Positions 1-10,204 are shown, numbered from the stretch's first letter. The stretch is DNA of 53,894 nucleotides from a virus (IMGVR_UViG_3300050119_000052:1-53894); one strand, 5' to 3'. Translations and numbers: made by a program. The notes: generated by a model from the letters alone, not told the origin.

Positions 1-404
1 ACGCCTCCGAACTCCGCCAGCTCGGGTCGCGTCTCCGTAAGACGCGACCCGACGTGTACAAGGAGATCCGCAAGGCTGTCCTGGAAGAAGCGAAGGCCGT
101 CGCTAACGATGCGCGCGGTTCGGCGTCGTGGTCGTCGAAGATTCCCGGCACGATCAAGGCGTCCGCGCAGGGCCTCAACACGGCCGTCGTCAAGGCCACC
201 GCGGCGGACGCTGGGCCGTTCGAGCTCGCCGGGAAGAAGGGCACGTTCCGGCATCCGGTGTTCGGTGGGGATACGTGGGTCACGCAGGACTCTCACCCGT
301 TCCTTCACCCTGCCGCGTTGTCCCGGCTCCCGGAGACCGTCGAACATCTCGATCTCGCTGTCGTGACAGCGGTGGACCGCGCAATCAACTCGACGGGGGT
401 GTGA
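1..404 (+). CDS. HK97 gp10-like tail/neck component, 5'-truncated by the window edge
   Basis: Frame is open from position 3 (ASELRQLGSRLRKTRPDVYKEIRK...). Contains FRHPVFG and HPFLHPA motifs. Lies before the tape measure gene; the window end carries an RBS-like AAGGGGG that could serve this gene. Confidence 0.65.
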   Translation, partial: ASELRQLGSRLRKTRPDVYKEIRKAVLEEAKAVANDARGSASWSSKIPGTIKASAQGLNTAVVKATAADAGPFELAGKKGTFRHPVFGGDTWVTQDSHPFLHPAALSRLPETVEHLDLAVVTAVDRAINSTGV

Positions 405-409
405 CCTAA

Positions 410-3187
410 ATGGCCGGCACCTCCATCAAAATCTCAGGCAACGTCACCGAGGCCCTGGCCGCGCTCGACGCGCTCGGCATCAAGGCAGGGGAGACGGCAG
501 CCGAAACCGAGTCGAAGCTCGGCGGGGCAGCCGAAAAGACGGGCGGAATATTTCAGAAGCTCGGCAATACGCTCGGTAACTTCGGGCTGCCGTTCAGCGA
601 GTCCCTGACGAAGGTGGGCGACAAGCTCTCCGACACCGAAACCAAGGGCCAGAAGTTCGGTGCCGCGCTCTCCTCTGTCGGTAAGGCCGCTGTGCTGGGT
701 GCTGGCGCGGGGTTCGCTGTCGTCGCTGTTGAATCGGTGAAGCTGGGCGAGGCGTACCAGCAGACAACGGCCGGTATCCAGGCGTCGGCGGGGATCAGCG
801 CGTCCGCGGCCAAATCGATCGGCGACGCGTTCCTGACCACCGCGGGGCAGTCGACGTTCTCCGCGCAGGAGATGGCGTCCGCGTTCAGCCCCGTCGCTGG
901 CGTGGTGAAGAACCTCAACGGCGGGGTGTTGACCGCCGCCGCGTCGATGGACGTGATGAAAGCCGCCACGATGGGCGCGGAGGCGTCCGGTGGGAACCTG
1001 ACGACCACGACGTCGGACCTGACCGGTGTGATGCAGGCGTTCCAGATCAAGACGTCCGACTCGAGTACGACGATGAACGCACTGTTCAACGCCTCGAAGA
1101 CCACGGGTGTCAGCATCGATTCCCTGTCGTCGACGGTGGAGAAGCTGCACTCGAAGTTGGGTGTGGCCTCGCCGAGCCTCGCGGACACGTCGGCGCTGAT
1201 GGTCGACATGACCGAAGCCGGCGTCACCGGCCGGGCTGCAACGGCCGGGCTCAACACCGGAATGACGACGCTGCTCGGTGGATCCAAGGCCACGAATGCG
1301 GAACTGAGCACTCTCGGCGTGTCGGTGTACAACTCGTCGGGGCAGTTCGTGGGCATGCAGTCCGTCATCTCCCAACTGCAACCGAAACTCGCCGGCATGA
1401 CCGAGCAGCAGCAGGCCCTCGCTGAGAAGTCCTTGTTCGGTGCGGGTGCGGCCAGCGCGATGAACAAGGTCGTCTCCGGTGGTGTCGCCGCGTTCAATTC
1501 GGCGTCCGCTGCGGTGAATCAGAAGGGTGCGGCGGACAAAGCCGCGGAAGCGCAAGCGTCAACGCTCAAGGGCACGATGGAGAAGCTGAAGGCCACCGGG
1601 GAGGACCTGGGCACGAAGTTCGGCATCATCCTGATCCCGAAGATTCAGGAACTGGGTGCGGCGACAGCCGACGTCATCAACTGGTTCACGAAGCACAAGG
1701 CGATAACGGAAGCCCTCGCCGCTGTCATCGGCGGTGTCCTCGCTGTCGCTGTCGCCGCGTACGCAGTCCATCTGGTCGACGCTGCCGCCAAGTCCGTGAT
1801 CTCGTCGGCGAAAATCGTTGGTAGCTGGGTCGGTATCGGAACGTCCGCGGACGCCGCGGCTGCTGAGTCGACCGCCGCCGATGCGGAGGTCGCTGCTGGC
1901 AGCGAAGAGATGGCGACTTCCAGCATTGCCGCGTTCGGGGCCATGATCGGCGCCGCCGCTGGGTGGGTCGCGACTCAGGCCGCGCAGCTCGCCGAAGGCG
2001 TCGCCGGTATGGTCACCTGGGGGGCTGAGCACGCCGTCATGGCCGCCTCGTTCGTCGCGGAGAACCTCGCGATGATCGTGTCCGCTACTGCCGCGTTCGT
2101 CGCGGAGAACCTCGCGACTCTCGGCATCATCGCCGGCATCGCCCTCCTCATCGCCGGGATCGTGTTCCTCGCCACCCACTGGAAGCAGACGTGGAAGATC
2201 ATCCAGGACGTCGCTGGGGATGCGAAGAAATTCATAGTGAAGATATTCGACGATGTTGTCGACTTCGCCAAGAAGTGGGGGCCGCTGATCCTGACGGCGG
2301 TGGCACCGATGATCGGGATTCCGCTGCTGATCATGCAGCATTGGGGTGTCATCGAAACATTCTTCGAGAACCTCTGGTCCGACGTCACCGGCTACTTCAG
2401 CCGGGCTCTGACGTGGATATCGAACTTCTTCGAGTCGCTGCCCGGTAAGATCATGGGCTGGTTGTCGGGCGCCGGGACGTGGCTGCTGAGCCTCGGCGGC
2501 GACATCATCCATGGCCTGCTCGACGGCATCAACGCCTACTGGAAGTTGGTGCAGGACTTCTATGTGAAGATGCCGGAGGCGATCCTCGGGTACCTCGCGA
2601 ACGCCGGGACGTGGCTCACCCAAAAGGGTAAGGACGTCATCACCAGCTTCTGGAACGGCATCAAGGCGATCTGGCTGACCGTCACGAACTGGGCCGGCGG
2701 CATCCATCAGGACATCGTCGGGTACCTCAATGGCGCGGAGACGTGGCTCGTCCAGGCCGGTGAGGACATCATCAAGGGCCTCGTCAAGGGCATCACCAAC
2801 GTGGCGGGTTCGGTCGGTAACGCGATCAAGGGCGCGGTCGGGAACATCCCCGGTGCGAGTTCGGTGCTGGGTGCTATGGGTGTGCATCTTGGGGCACTGG
2901 GTGGCATTGTCACCAAGCCGACGTTCGCGTTGCTCGGTGAGGGTGGCGAGACGGAGTACGTGATCCCGCAGCATGTCCTCAGCGGCATAGGCGGCACGAA
3001 TGGTCTTCCGTCGCTGCCTGGTCTCAGCTCCGGTGGCATGGGCAACGCCCCGACACCGCCTGGAGCGTTCTCCAGTGGCGGGGGCGGCAGCAAGAGCGTC
3101 ACTTTGAACGTGAGTACCCCGCAGGCCAACCCCACTCAGCTCGCCACCGAGATGGCGTGGATTCTGCGCCCCTACCTCGGGACCTGA
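410..3187 (+). CDS. tape measure protein
   Basis: 925 aa, Ala/Gly-rich helical sequence with periodic Trp repeats and C-terminal GGIVTKPTFALLGEGG.EYVIP motif; expected position. Confidence 0.93.
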   Translation: MAGTSIKISGNVTEALAALDALGIKAGETAAETESKLGGAAEKTGGIFQKLGNTLGNFGLPFSESLTKVGDKLSDTETKGQKFGAALSSVGKAAVLGAGAGFAVVAVESVKLGEAYQQTTAGIQASAGISASAAKSIGDAFLTTAGQSTFSAQEMASAFSPVAGVVKNLNGGVLTAAASMDVMKAATMGAEASGGNLTTTTSDLTGVMQAFQIKTSDSSTTMNALFNASKTTGVSIDSLSSTVEKLHSKLGVASPSLADTSALMVDMTEAGVTGRAATAGLNTGMTTLLGGSKATNAELSTLGVSVYNSSGQFVGMQSVISQLQPKLAGMTEQQQALAEKSLFGAGAASAMNKVVSGGVAAFNSASAAVNQKGAADKAAEAQASTLKGTMEKLKATGEDLGTKFGIILIPKIQELGAATADVINWFTKHKAITEALAAVIGGVLAVAVAAYAVHLVDAAAKSVISSAKIVGSWVGIGTSADAAAAESTAADAEVAAGSEEMATSSIAAFGAMIGAAAGWVATQAAQLAEGVAGMVTWGAEHAVMAASFVAENLAMIVSATAAFVAENLATLGIIAGIALLIAGIVFLATHWKQTWKIIQDVAGDAKKFIVKIFDDVVDFAKKWGPLILTAVAPMIGIPLLIMQHWGVIETFFENLWSDVTGYFSRALTWISNFFESLPGKIMGWLSGAGTWLLSLGGDIIHGLLDGINAYWKLVQDFYVKMPEAILGYLANAGTWLTQKGKDVITSFWNGIKAIWLTVTNWAGGIHQDIVGYLNGAETWLVQAGEDIIKGLVKGITNVAGSVGNAIKGAVGNIPGASSVLGAMGVHLGALGGIVTKPTFALLGEGGETEYVIPQHVLSGIGGTNGLPSLPGLSSGGMGNAPTPPGAFSSGGGGSKSVTLNVSTPQANPTQLATEMAWILRPYLGT

Positions 3188-3188
3188 C

Positions 3189-4118
3189 GTGGCGTTCCCA
3201 ACGCCGGCCGTCGTCCCCCCGACTCTGTCCGCGTGGCAGTTCCAATACGCCGGGCTGACGTTCGGGCACGGGCAGCCGATCAAGATAGCGCAAGTCACCG
3301 GCATCGGTGACCTCGCCGTGATCCGCACAGGCGACCTGTCCAGGTCGAGGGACCATGGGGAACTCATCGGCCTCGACCTCTACGGTGGCCGTGACATCAG
3401 CATCGACCTCGAAGCGGAAGACGCCGGGTCCGGTGTGCAAGCGACCCTGCTCACACTGGCCGCCGCGACCGTCGTGGGTGCGACCACGGAACAGCCCCTG
3501 TGGTTCCAGGTCACCGGCTACCCGCTGCTGTGCGTCATGTGCCGGCCCCGTAAGCGGACCGCCCCGTGGGATGTGGGGTATCAGATCGGGAAGGTCGGCG
3601 TCGTGTCGACGCAGTTCCACGCCACCGACCCCCGCCTGTACGCGGCCACACTGACCGCGACTGTCGGCTTGGCGAGCCCGACCACAGGGGCGACGTTCCC
3701 GGTGACGTTCCCGATGACGTTCGGCACCGTCGCCCCGTCCGGGGTCACGGTCACCAACGCGGGCAACACCGAAACGCGCCCAGTGCTGGTCATCACCGGC
3801 CCGGTCACGAACCCGTCGGTCGCGAATTCGACCATCACGGGCGCTCCGACGTTGCAGTTCAGCAACCCGAATCAGGTCGGCTACACGGTCAATTCTGGGG
3901 ACCAGCTGGTCATCGACACTGATACGCATTCGATTCTGTATTACGTCGGGGGGGTGTCGTCGGGGTCCGCCCCGGCGTCCCGCGGGGGCTGGTTGGTGTC
4001 GGGTTCGACGTGGTGGGATCTGCCGCCGGGTGCGTCGCTGATTCAGTTCCTGTCGCAGGACTCCGCATCCGTCGCCGGAACGGTCCAAATAATTTGGGCT
4101 TCGGCGTATCAGCTATGA
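3189..4118 (+). CDS. distal tail (Dit)-like protein
   Basis: Follows TMP; F.ATDPRLY, NAGNTETRP and GPVTNP motifs typical of siphovirus tail components. Confidence 0.8.
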   Translation: MAFPTPAVVPPTLSAWQFQYAGLTFGHGQPIKIAQVTGIGDLAVIRTGDLSRSRDHGELIGLDLYGGRDISIDLEAEDAGSGVQATLLTLAAATVVGATTEQPLWFQVTGYPLLCVMCRPRKRTAPWDVGYQIGKVGVVSTQFHATDPRLYAATLTATVGLASPTTGATFPVTFPMTFGTVAPSGVTVTNAGNTETRPVLVITGPVTNPSVANSTITGAPTLQFSNPNQVGYTVNSGDQLVIDTDTHSILYYVGGVSSGSAPASRGGWLVSGSTWWDLPPGASLIQFLSQDSASVAGTVQIIWASAYQL

Positions 4119-5296
4119 GTATCCGCGTCAACGACGACGGCGACCCGAACACCATCACCTACCTCTTCACCGATCTCCATGGGAATCGCATCGAAGAACT
4201 ACCCATCACCGGGGTCACGTTCAGCCTCGCCTTGAACGCCTCCGGGCCGTTCGCCGGTTCGCTGAACATCGAAGACCCTCGAGTCCAAGCATTGGACTGG
4301 CAGGCGGCGACAGCACCGAACCTCGCGCAGGTGTGGGTCGACATCAACGGGACCCTCGTCTACGGGGGGATCGTCCAGGAACGCACCTACGACATGCCCT
4401 CCGGGACCGTCGCGATCAAGGGCACCGACCATTACGGGTACCTGATCCAGCGGTTGCAGGCGCAGGACTACTCCACGGTGTGGGCCACGACCCCGTTCGG
4501 GGCCGCGCAGATCGCGTACACGGTGATCACGGATGCGCTCGCTGTCGCGGACTCTCTGCCGCTGTCGGTGACGACCCCGGCGGCGACACCGTCCCAGTAC
4601 GGGATCACGTTGGCGGCGCCGATCAGTCAGCGCATGACGGTCGATTCGATCATCAATCAGGTGGCGGTGTTGGGGTGGCTGGTGGGTTTCGACTACGCCA
4701 TCGACGTCAAATACGTGGCCGGTGTCCCGACCGCGACGTTGACGCTCTCCTACCCGCGGCGGGGCCGGGTCGCTGGCACCACAGGTTTGGTCATCGACAC
4801 CCAGTCGGCGCTCGCGTTCACGTTCGACGAGTCCGGCACGGCTCAGGCCACCAGCGTCACCGAGGTCGCGACGGGGTCCGGTGGTGTCGCGACCACGGGG
4901 CAGTGGACGGCGGCCAACACGGTCGGGTATCCGCTGCTGGAGCGGGTCGGGTCGCACGCGTCGTTCTCGTCGGCGGCGATCCCACAAACCGTCCTCGACG
5001 CTTATGTGGCGAACGATTTGGCGTTGTCGGCGTATCCGGTGGTGACCCCGCAAGTGACGATGCCGATGTTCGCTGAGCCCGCGATCGGGGAGTGGATCGT
5101 CGGTGATGATGTGCGGATGCTGGTCGCGAAGACGTTGGGTGCGGGTCCGCCGCCGAATCCGCGGTTCCCGGCTGGGATGGACTTCTATTGGCGGATCACC
5201 CGCGCTGATGTGACCGTGCCAGCCGAAGGCATCCCCACGGTGGCGTTCACGTTCAACATGCCGCCGTCGTCGACGCCGCAGCGGCCACCGCAATAG
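4115..5296 (+). CDS. minor tail protein (baseplate hub/Tal-like)
   Basis: ATGA overlap with the Dit stop; GDDVR motif; synteny. Confidence 0.75.
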   Translation: MSIRVNDDGDPNTITYLFTDLHGNRIEELPITGVTFSLALNASGPFAGSLNIEDPRVQALDWQAATAPNLAQVWVDINGTLVYGGIVQERTYDMPSGTVAIKGTDHYGYLIQRLQAQDYSTVWATTPFGAAQIAYTVITDALAVADSLPLSVTTPAATPSQYGITLAAPISQRMTVDSIINQVAVLGWLVGFDYAIDVKYVAGVPTATLTLSYPRRGRVAGTTGLVIDTQSALAFTFDESGTAQATSVTEVATGSGGVATTGQWTAANTVGYPLLERVGSHASFSSAAIPQTVLDAYVANDLALSAYPVVTPQVTMPMFAEPAIGEWIVGDDVRMLVAKTLGAGPPPNPRFPAGMDFYWRITRADVTVPAEGIPTVAFTFNMPPSSTPQRPPQ

Positions 5297-5300
5297 GGAA

Positions 5301-5367
5301 CACTCAGCGGAGACGCCCGTCTGCATCCTGGGTGACGAAACAAATCTGGGGCATCTCCGCTGAGTGC
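5301..5367 (-). ncRNA. orphan dual-spacer guide RNA (tigRNA-like) #1; spacer A GATTTGTTT, spacer B GGATGCAGA
   Basis: Minus strand reads CACTCAGCGGAGATGCCC-CA-GATTTGTTT-CGTCACCCA-GGATGCAGA-C-GGGCGTCTCCGCTGAGTG. 18-bp stem with one G.U; loop repeat identical to the array units. Confidence 0.8.
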
Positions 5368-5374
5368 CGCCCAC

Positions 5375-5403
5375 AGTCTAACTGACTGAGCCGCGCAACC
5401 CAA
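5375..5403 (-). promoter_or_regulatory. promoter of orphan guide #1
   Basis: TAGACT -10 (5380-5375) 8 nt upstream of the stem; weak TTGGGT 17 bp further upstream. Confidence 0.65.
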
Positions 5404-5416
5404 AGGGGGACTTGGA

Positions 5417-6292
5417 ATGCCTGGTGTTTCGCCGCCAAACAACGAGAAATTCTTTGCGCTGCTCGGCGGCATGCAAAAGCAATTGCAAGCCATGAGCACC
5501 CAGCAGCAGCAAGCGATCACGAACGCGCTCGGGCAGGTGATCATCAACATCGGTTTGGTGCCCGGCTCGGACCCGGCCCGATATGGCATTCAATTTCTTG
5601 ATCCGAGTTCGGGTACCGAGATCGCGTTTTTAGGGGAAGGCACGTCTGCGGCGTTGTCGCTGTTGTTGGCCAACGATGGCAGTTTGACGATGAAGTCGAC
5701 TGCGGGCACGACGGTGCTGTATGCGGGTCAGGCGGCGATCCCCGACGGCAGTGGTCGCCTGCAAGAGGTCTTCGAGTTGTACCGCGACGACGGCTCGATA
5801 GCCCTGGCGCTAGGTGACTTCGGGACCGTCTACGACCACGCCCACCAACAGGCACTGCAGTGGTACGACCGCAGCGGCCGCATCGTGCTCGCCGATGACA
5901 CGACGAGCGCTCACGGCCTCGCGGCTCCACATCTGGCAACCAGCGGAACGCTTGTCAATACCAATACCTCAACGTGGCCAGCGACGACCAGCTCGGGCTT
6001 CACGACAATCGCCAACGGTGAAGTAGAACTACACAATCCGAAACTCAAATGGACGATCACGTTGATGGCGGATTCGGGGGTGACGGCCGAATTCCAGATG
6101 CTCATCAACGGCACCCAGATCGGCACCACGCAAACCGTCACAAGTGGCTTCTCGACATGGACGGCGACCAACCAGTCGCTTGGCGGCCTGCTACCCGGTG
6201 GTACCTACCTTGTGGAACTTCAAGCCAAGGTAACTGCTGGCAGCGGATCAGCTCGCGCGCAATGCCTGCAAATCACCGGCGATCAGTCCTAG
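5417..6292 (+). CDS. minor tail protein
   Basis: RBS AAAGGGGGA; N-terminal coiled segment then beta-rich sequence; tail module position. Confidence 0.65.
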   Translation: MPGVSPPNNEKFFALLGGMQKQLQAMSTQQQQAITNALGQVIINIGLVPGSDPARYGIQFLDPSSGTEIAFLGEGTSAALSLLLANDGSLTMKSTAGTTVLYAGQAAIPDGSGRLQEVFELYRDDGSIALALGDFGTVYDHAHQQALQWYDRSGRIVLADDTTSAHGLAAPHLATSGTLVNTNTSTWPATTSSGFTTIANGEVELHNPKLKWTITLMADSGVTAEFQMLINGTQIGTTQTVTSGFSTWTATNQSLGGLLPGGTYLVELQAKVTAGSGSARAQCLQITGDQS

Positions 6293-6293
6293 C

Positions 6294-6707
6294 CTAAGGG
6301 CATGGATTGCTGAGCGTCGTCCCGAGCGCGTAGTCGGTCGGCGTCTCACATGGCGTGGCAACGACGTAGGTCGGTGCGGGCGGGCGGAGGACACCGTCAT
6401 TCCCCGTTGTGCCAGGCCCCTGCACGACGAGCGTCTCGCGCGGCGTCGTCTTAGCTGGCGCGGGTATCGAAGCTGCGGTCACTGCTGCCTCCGTTGGTGC
6501 TACTGCTGGCGTGTTCACGGTAACCGCAGTCGGGCTCGAAACAGCAACGCTCGCCGAACTGGACGCGACCACCGGCTGATCAGCGGGCTGAACAACGACT
6601 GGCTGCGGCGCGACGGATGCACCACCTGACACAGCGAGTCCGAGACCAACCCCGGCGCCGATGAGCGCGAGTGCGGCTATGCCGACGATCTTGGTCCGAG
6701 CGTTCAT
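6294..6707 (-). CDS. membrane-anchored/secreted Ala-Pro-Thr-rich protein (moron)
   Basis: MNARTKIVGIAALALIGAGVGLGLAV signal/TM segment; start overlaps the stop of the upstream RHH gene. Confidence 0.6.
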   Translation of the reverse strand: MNARTKIVGIAALALIGAGVGLGLAVSGGASVAPQPVVVQPADQPVVASSSASVAVSSPTAVTVNTPAVAPTEAAVTAASIPAPAKTTPRETLVVQGPGTTGNDGVLRPPAPTYVVATPCETPTDYALGTTLSNPCP

Positions 6708-6847
6708 GGCTGGTCCTCGTCTATCCATCGTTGCAGCAGGTCGCGGATGACCTCGCTGACGTTCTTTCCCACCGTGTGAGCTTTGTCCCGGACTGCTTGG
6801 TACAGGTCGTCGGGGATTCGTACTTGCCGGAGCGGTGTCGTTGCCAT
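6704..6847 (-). CDS. ribbon-helix-helix DNA-binding protein
   Basis: MATTPLRQVRIPDDLYQAVRDKAHTVGKNVSEVIRDLL is a classic RHH pattern. Confidence 0.8.
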   Translation of the reverse strand: MATTPLRQVRIPDDLYQAVRDKAHTVGKNVSEVIRDLLQRWIDEDQP

Positions 6848-6854
6848 CACCGCA

Positions 6855-6883
6855 ACCATAACCCTTGTATATACACACGTCAA
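6855..6883 (-). promoter_or_regulatory. sigma70-type leaderless promoter with palindromic operator
   Basis: TTGACG-17-TATGGT, 7 nt before ATG 6847; palindrome TGTATATACA (6866-6875) in the spacer. Confidence 0.8.
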
Positions 6884-6896
6884 GAGGGGAGACCGC

Positions 6897-7217
6897 GTGT
6901 CCGACTGGATGCTCGCACTGTCCGGCCCACTCGCCCAGCGGAGCCCGCTACTCGCCACCCTCGACCGTGCCGGTGTCGACGTAGATCAGGACCATGGCCC
7001 ACGCGGTTTAGACACCGATCCCACGACGGGCTGGATCACCTGCCGGCACCCCGACGTGGATGACGTTGCACCGATCGCTATGGACGCCGGGTGGGCGCTG
7101 CGGATGCACTGGCCGACCCCACGCTGCCCCGCCTGCAACGGCACTACGAGCGTGGAGTTGCCGTGTCTGCACTGCGCGGGAACTGGGCGCACCGAGAAGC
7201 AACCCAAGGGAGCCTGA
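6897..7217 (+). CDS. hypothetical protein with C-terminal CxxCxG zinc-finger motifs
   Basis: RBS GAGGGGA then GTG; CPACNG...CLHCAGTG. Confidence 0.55.
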   Translation: MSDWMLALSGPLAQRSPLLATLDRAGVDVDQDHGPRGLDTDPTTGWITCRHPDVDDVAPIAMDAGWALRMHWPTPRCPACNGTTSVELPCLHCAGTGRTEKQPKGA

Positions 7218-7218
7218 C

Positions 7219-8283
7219 GTGGCATTAGAGGCTCCGGCGTTCGTCATTTCGGCGTCTTCCCATTCGGCTGCGCTTTTCCGCCAGGCGTCGCAGCTGTTCA
7301 TCGACGGAGCTGGTGTCGCCGAACCAAGTGGCCTCGCGGTCACCCAAAACGGTGTTGCGAACATGTCGGTCAACGTTGCCGCTGGCACGCTGTGGATGCC
7401 GGGCACGCTCGGTGCCACGACTGGGTTCGGTTCGAACGTCAACGCTCAAACCGCCTACGGGCTGCCGTCGAGCAAGACCGCGCAAGGCATGTACGCCGCC
7501 TATCAAGACGGCACAGTGAACCTCAGCATCTCCGCGGCGGACCCGACGAACCCGCGTATCGACATTGTGACGGCCGCCGTCCAAGACGCGCAATACGCGG
7601 GGTCGACGAATCTTCCGGTGTTGCAGATCATCACCGGAACCCCGAACGCGTCCCCGTCGGCGCCGTCCGCGCCCGCATCGTCGGTGGTCCTCGCGCAGGT
7701 CGCTGTCGCCGCTGGTGTGACGTCGATCGTGACCGCGAACATCACCGACGTGCGGCCCATGCTGTCGGTGCGGAGCAGTGTCACCCGCACGTCGGGTACC
7801 GCCCAGTATCCGACGCATCCCATCACTGGGCAGTACGTGGACGACGCGTATCTGAACGCGCTGCTGCGGTGGACCGGCTCCGCTTGGGTGCCTCCGTCGC
7901 CGCAGACGTATCTCCACACCGACACGATCGTCTCGGGGCCGCCGGCTGTGACGACCGGCGTCAACGGTGTCACCAGCGGCCTCGCGTTGCCGACTTTGCC
8001 GTACGCGACGCTGCTGAAGGTCTCGGCGCTCTGTTACATCCACCAAGCGACGTCGACGGATGTTTGTGAGGCGATCGTGCAGCAGAACAGCAGCACGGTG
8101 ATGGCCGCTGACATGACGGGCAGTTATGCGAGTCCGTCGATGCATAAGGTGTTCGCGGTGGCCGCGGGTGTGTCGCCCGGTACTTGGCAGCTGCTGCTGT
8201 CGAAGATCAGCGGTTCCGGGTCGTCGGCGACTGTTGTCGACAACGAGCGGACGTGGTTGCAGATCAGCGTCGAGGCGGCGTGA
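7219..8283 (+). CDS. minor tail protein
   Basis: ADPTNPRIDIV and LAQVAV...ITDVR motifs seen in actinophage minor tail proteins. Confidence 0.75.
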   Translation: MALEAPAFVISASSHSAALFRQASQLFIDGAGVAEPSGLAVTQNGVANMSVNVAAGTLWMPGTLGATTGFGSNVNAQTAYGLPSSKTAQGMYAAYQDGTVNLSISAADPTNPRIDIVTAAVQDAQYAGSTNLPVLQIITGTPNASPSAPSAPASSVVLAQVAVAAGVTSIVTANITDVRPMLSVRSSVTRTSGTAQYPTHPITGQYVDDAYLNALLRWTGSAWVPPSPQTYLHTDTIVSGPPAVTTGVNGVTSGLALPTLPYATLLKVSALCYIHQATSTDVCEAIVQQNSSTVMAADMTGSYASPSMHKVFAVAAGVSPGTWQLLLSKISGSGSSATVVDNERTWLQISVEAA

Positions 8284-8284
8284 C

Positions 8285-8791
8285 GTGAGTGGCCTGCTGA
8301 ATAGCACCGGCGTCGTCGTCTTGGAGTATGTGGGTGGCGCTGTTGGTGCCGCAGTCGTCTTGTACGTGTTCCGGGGGGTGCCGAAGTTGTTCAAGCGGTG
8401 GAATCAGTTCCTCGACGGTTGGGCTGGTACACCCGCTAGCCCCGGCGTTCCGGCCCGCCCGGGGGTGATGGAGCGGTTGCAGGATTTGACCGAGAGTCAG
8501 TTCGAGGATCGCGCGAAGATCGCGCAGGTCCTCGCGACGTCGACCGCGAATACTGCCTCAGCGTTGGCTGCCAATACCGCGGAGACAGCGAAGCAGCTCG
8601 CCAAGTGGACAGCGAAGACCGCCCAGGATGTAGCTGATCATGCGGCTAAGACCGACGCGGCGATCGTGGGCCTGACTGAGAACTTGGATGTGATCAAGCG
8701 GCAGGTTTCCCAGATTCATCATGAGACGCAGCCGAACGGCGGGGATTCGATGAAGGACCAGTTGAATCGCCTCGACCCGTTGAAGCCCTGA
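8285..8791 (+). CDS. membrane protein of the lysis cassette
   Basis: N-terminal TM, coiled coil, C-terminal PNGGDSMKDQLNR motif common next to actinophage lysins. Confidence 0.6.
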   Translation: MSGLLNSTGVVVLEYVGGAVGAAVVLYVFRGVPKLFKRWNQFLDGWAGTPASPGVPARPGVMERLQDLTESQFEDRAKIAQVLATSTANTASALAANTAETAKQLAKWTAKTAQDVADHAAKTDAAIVGLTENLDVIKRQVSQIHHETQPNGGDSMKDQLNRLDPLKP

Positions 8792-9693
8792 TGGTCGCGG
8801 TCACGGTCCCGATCGAGGGGACCGCTCATGATTTTGCCTATTGGCCCGGTGCGCCCGTGCTCGACTCGGCGGATCTGTTCGAGTCCTGTTATACGGACGG
8901 CCCTCATGCGACGCCGTTGGCCGACGTCGAAGCGATTCGGGCGACCGGCAAGGGCATTCTCTGGAACCACGAACGGGGCGCCCTGGATTTGTTGGGCGGC
9001 TCGACGGCCGGCACCCTCGCAGCCCAGGAAGCCATGGCGGCGGTCATCGCCGCGGGCACACCGACCGACGGCAGTTGCGCGATCGCGTACTCGGTCGACG
9101 GCAACGTCGGCCCAGCCGACTTCCAGAAAGCCCTCCCAGCGTTCCAGGCGATCAAGCTCGCGCACGGCGGCCGGTTCCTGACCGGCTACTACGGCGACCT
9201 CGCCCTCTACAAGTACTTGAAGGCCGCGGGCTTGGTCCAGACGAAGTGCTGGCTGTCCGCTAGCGCATCGTTCCCCGGCTACGACCCGAACGACCCCGAC
9301 GTCGGCCTGATCCAAACCGTCGGCACCGACATACCGGGCACTGACCGTGACCTCGTAACGGACCTCGCGAACCTTGGAGTTTGGATGACGCAAGTAGATC
9401 TCACCCCCGCATCGATCACGCTCGTCGCCGACGCGGTATGGCATCAGATACTGGTCCCCGCCAGCGAGCCGTACGCCGGCAACGTCTACGGCGACCTGAT
9501 GGTCCGCGCGAACCAGCAACTCGACCCGCTGCTCCCCGCGATCCAAGCCATCGTCACGACGATGACCGACCAGCAGGCCGCGACCCTCGTCGCGCAGATC
9601 CTCGCCGGCCTCGCCGCCCTCCCGCCCGCTGCGACGAAGCAGGACGTCATCGACGCCATCACCGCAACCATCAAGATCGGAGCCACCTCATGA
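8791..9693 (+). CDS. endolysin, DUF1906/Rv2525c-like (GH25-related) glycoside hydrolase
   Basis: GG..AG..AA, IAYSVD, TGYYG and W motifs; directly upstream of the holin. Confidence 0.7.
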   Translation: MVAVTVPIEGTAHDFAYWPGAPVLDSADLFESCYTDGPHATPLADVEAIRATGKGILWNHERGALDLLGGSTAGTLAAQEAMAAVIAAGTPTDGSCAIAYSVDGNVGPADFQKALPAFQAIKLAHGGRFLTGYYGDLALYKYLKAAGLVQTKCWLSASASFPGYDPNDPDVGLIQTVGTDIPGTDRDLVTDLANLGVWMTQVDLTPASITLVADAVWHQILVPASEPYAGNVYGDLMVRANQQLDPLLPAIQAIVTTMTDQQAATLVAQILAGLAALPPAATKQDVIDAITATIKIGATS

Positions 9694-9926
9694 CGATCAG
9701 TTGGGCCACTGTCAAGACCATCGGTGAGCGTGTCGTTGGCGCGTTCGCTGTCGCGTTCCTCGCCGCGTTGCCGGCCACTCTCGCGGGATGGCACGTGAGC
9801 GTATTGGAGAAGGCCGGTTACGCGGGCCTCGCCGCCGCGCTGGCGCTCGTTCAGTCGCTGCTGTGGACCCTGTTCTCCGGTCAGCCGCAGCTAACCCCAG
9901 CGGCCCGCGTAGGCGCAGCCAGGTAG
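9690..9926 (+). CDS. holin (r1t-like)
   Basis: 78 aa, two TM segments, ERVVGAFA motif, ATGA overlap with the lysin. Confidence 0.7.
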   Translation: MTISWATVKTIGERVVGAFAVAFLAALPATLAGWHVSVLEKAGYAGLAAALALVQSLLWTLFSGQPQLTPAARVGAAR

Positions 9927-9928
9927 CC

Positions 9929-10204
9929 ATGCCGTCACGGTTGCAGTCCCTCGGCGCGTACAAGCCGGACCAGTCGAACATCGGCATCTGGCTGTGGATC
10001 GGCCTCGGCGTGCTCGTCATCAGCTACGTGTCACTCGCCGACCTATGGCTACGCCGACACCAGCATGAGTACATGACCACGGAGTACCGCGAGGCGCTCC
10101 AGTCGTGGCTGTGGGGTCCGGTCGTTTGCTTCTTGACGTTCGGTTTCCTCGCCGCGCTGTTCTGGCACTTCTTCATCGCGAAGAACCCGGCAGGCAACGG
10201 ATGA
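9929..10204 (+). CDS. small two-TM membrane protein
   Basis: Two hydrophobic segments; coupled to neighbours. Confidence 0.55.
   Translation: MPSRLQSLGAYKPDQSNIGIWLWIGLGVLVISYVSLADLWLRRHQHEYMTTEYREALQSWLWGPVVCFLTFGFLAALFWHFFIAKNPAGNG

Noticed and set aside
434-3367. Long minus-strand ORFs opposite the tape measure gene (and similar shadow ORFs genome-wide)
   Set aside because: Antisense shadows of GC3-biased genes with Arg/Pro-rich, motif-free translations.
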